Part shown: positions 61,548 to 64,000 of the stretch, piece by piece
Numbering within the stretch: position 1 is the stretch's first letter
Layout of the letters: the number at the start of each line of letters is the position of its first letter
Source of the DNA: Tricharina praecox
Lineage: Eukaryota
Direction: 5' to 3'
Assembly: GCF_024521635.1 (NCBI RefSeq)
Contig: NW_026250404.1
Coordinates: 868,001 to 932,000, forward strand
Length of the DNA stretch: 64,000 bases
Made by a program: the position numbers and the translations under genes
Notes under the pieces: generated by a model
The model's database searches: none
The model's input: the letters and a program-made list of their open reading frames with translations, nothing else
What the model was told of the DNA's origin: nothing

Positions 61548-64000
61548 GATGGCAGCACAGGCGTTCTGTCACTGGGTGGAAGTTGGGAAGAAAGGTAAAA
61601 ACGATAGTTCGAGGTGGCCACGGGAGAGCAAGCGAACAATGATGTGGGGTCCCTGGCTGCGCACGGGCCAAAAGCCGAAAATAGCAAGGCACGGAAACTG
61701 TCCAGTTAGCACGCCCGCACAGAAGTGTATTAAATTCCAATTTCGAGGACAATTTAGAGGGGACGAGATGGGTGAAATGCGAAGGAGTTGGTTGGACAGA
61801 CCTTCAAGCACTGTGCCGGTCAGGGTGGGGCCGTGGGATAGTAATTGCTTGACAGACGAGGGGACGATAGAGCCAGTCGATGATGACGTTGGGAGCAAGG
61901 TGCGACAGGAAGGGTGCAATGTGGGGAGGGGGATGATAGTGAAAGCCGTCGGAAATCGTCTGCTTCGAATCCGGATATTAGAACGAGCTCAACCAGAGAA
62001 AGACCCCATGAACCAAGCAAAAGCCCACCGCAGCCGCCGCGCATTCGCCCATCATAGCAGACAAATCACAAAAGATCGACGACAACCGGGGGGCCTCAAC
62101 AAGTACGAGAATGAAACCAACCTTTTGACCGAGGAAGCCCGTTCCTTTGCAGCGAATCCTTCGTTTTCTTGTCCGTCAAGCTCGTGGTTGTCGCCCGCGT
62201 CCGAACCTTGGGTTGCAACCGGAAAACAGCGGGGGGTGGAGGTGGGGGGCTATCGATTCTTTATCCTTCCAGCCGCTGGCACGATAAAGAGTTGCTTCTG
62301 CTGACAACTGGAGCCGCAGGACTCTAACCCAGTCTGCAGCCAATCGATTGATCTATGTGTCGCGTGTATGTGCTGTTTGCGACTTCTGGAAGGCGGATAA
62401 TAGTGGCTAAATGATGAGGAGGTGAGCAATTGGCTGGGCTCCAATCTGTGGGTTTCGCTGTATATAGAGGGTGTGAAAAGGTAGGCGGGAGTTGAGGGAT
62501 ATGGCGGAGGGCAGTTAAAACCCGGACTGGTTTGCGTGAGAATCTGCGGTGGTGTGGGCACTGTGCGGTGATGTAATACGCGCACGCAGATGTGCTTGGG
62601 AGGCCGAGTTCTCGAAAGCGTAGAATTGACGGCGATGAGCGGAGTTACTCGTGCAGGTGTTTGCACTTCGCCGAACCGACCACCGGCAGAGGGTGGGGTG
62701 GTGATAGTCGGAGGTATGTGTGTAGTACCTGGCAAGTGGCCAGTGGGCGTATGGTGATTCCGAGTCACCGTAACGAGTGAGCGAGCGAGTGACTTGGTGG
62801 AGTGAATGTTCGTGCTAAACGCCGATGGGGTGGGGGGATAATACGGATCGATATCGATAGGGGCGATGGCTTGGGCGGGGGCGTCGCGGCAGTGAGCGGA
62901 AGGGCGTACGGAGGAGCAATGAGTAAACAGCTTCGGCGTGGGCAAGCAAGCGGGTCCCGGGGATGGAAACGCGGATGAGAGAAGGAGGAGGAGGAGTGGA
63001 CGAACAGGAGCAAGAGCAGGAGGAAGCTCCGGTATTTTTTTCTCAGGAGGCCGCCTTCTTCGCCTCTACGGCCATGGCCAAATGCTCCAGAACACTCGCA
63101 CTAGGACCTGGGGATTGTTCCAAAGCGACCTAGATCCCACGCTTCGACACATGCAGAGCACCCTAGCGGTTGCAACATGGATGCACAATCGTCGTCGTCG
63201 TCGATGTTGCAAGTTCACGACTTCGCCCTCGACAGCACCTGCCCTGTCGTGCAGACTTTCCGAATGGCTGAGGATGATGATTCAAAGAAGCTGCAGAATA
63301 AAGAACTCCAATGAAGCCCCGAGCTTCTGGGAAGGATGGAGCCGTGGTAAAGACGGTGCGGAAAGACGGGAAACGGTATGTGTGCCGAAACATCTCCATC
63401 TATAAATTCACAGCACTTATTCGGCCACATCTGACGATTGCGACCAAAGCATAAATGCCATAGGTACATACCAGAGTAACCTTCATGTCACCGAAGCCTA
63501 TCATCACGATACGCAACACAGCGGCGTTAACCGCGGACGACGACGAAGCACATCCGTGTTGGCATTGTTGGTGTTGCAATTGTTCTCGCCGTGACTCAAC
63601 AACCAATCGAGATCATTCACTGCCAGCTGCCTCTCGAGCTCGTTCACCAGCTAGGTACTAGTACATAGCATTTCCAATTGCTCCCCCGTCAGGCACATAT
63701 GCCGTGATCGCGTCACGGGGAACCATGTGCTCGCTCCGTTCAGCCGCCGGGGTGTCCGTTCCCCGGATATCCGCCCCACGCCACAAGAAGGCGTCCGTGC
63801 GTTGGACGGACGCCGAATACCGCGGCCACGCAATCCATCCAACCACACGGCCCCCATCGCGGCCAGCTGTGAAACAGACACGTCGGATCATCGACCACGA
63901 AGAAACTGCATCTTCTCCGGACTCCCCAGCTAGGCGGTACTCGTCTTCCAGCGAAGACTTCTCGGGTTTCCGCTTCCTCTCCGGACTTCCCAGCTACTCG

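Noticed and set aside
61546..63405. ORFs of 150-250 aa upstream of the repeat-protein gene
   Set aside because: No motifs or codon bias; consistent with a long 5' UTR and promoter

Overview
Eukaryotic, intron-containing DNA from a filamentous ascomycete (inferred from short GT-AG introns with CTRAC/CTRAT branch points and from the gene families; exact taxon not determinable). About 13 protein genes are supported. Left block (0.7-17 kb): PXMP4-like peroxisomal membrane protein, RPF2, MTD1, a Kelch-type membrane protein, RAD17/Rad24, a cytochrome P450 and a LaeA-like methyltransferase. Middle: an F-box protein and a coiled-coil repeat protein, then a ~16.5 kb gene-poor tract holding two TA-flanked terminal-inverted-repeat elements (187 bp and 631 bp). 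Right: a 2-hydroxyacyl-CoA lyase and an acyl-CoA thioesterase that both end in the peroxisomal signal AKL, with a small secreted Ser/Thr-rich gene between them, then a kinase-less GAF protein and a 900-aa protein with ~12 LPQPIESSRRSNR-like repeats. A ~250-bp decayed repeat occurs twice (20.6 and 49.7 kb). No tRNA, rRNA or CRISPR was recognised. Exon boundaries were placed by eye and product names come from recalled motifs, not database searches.
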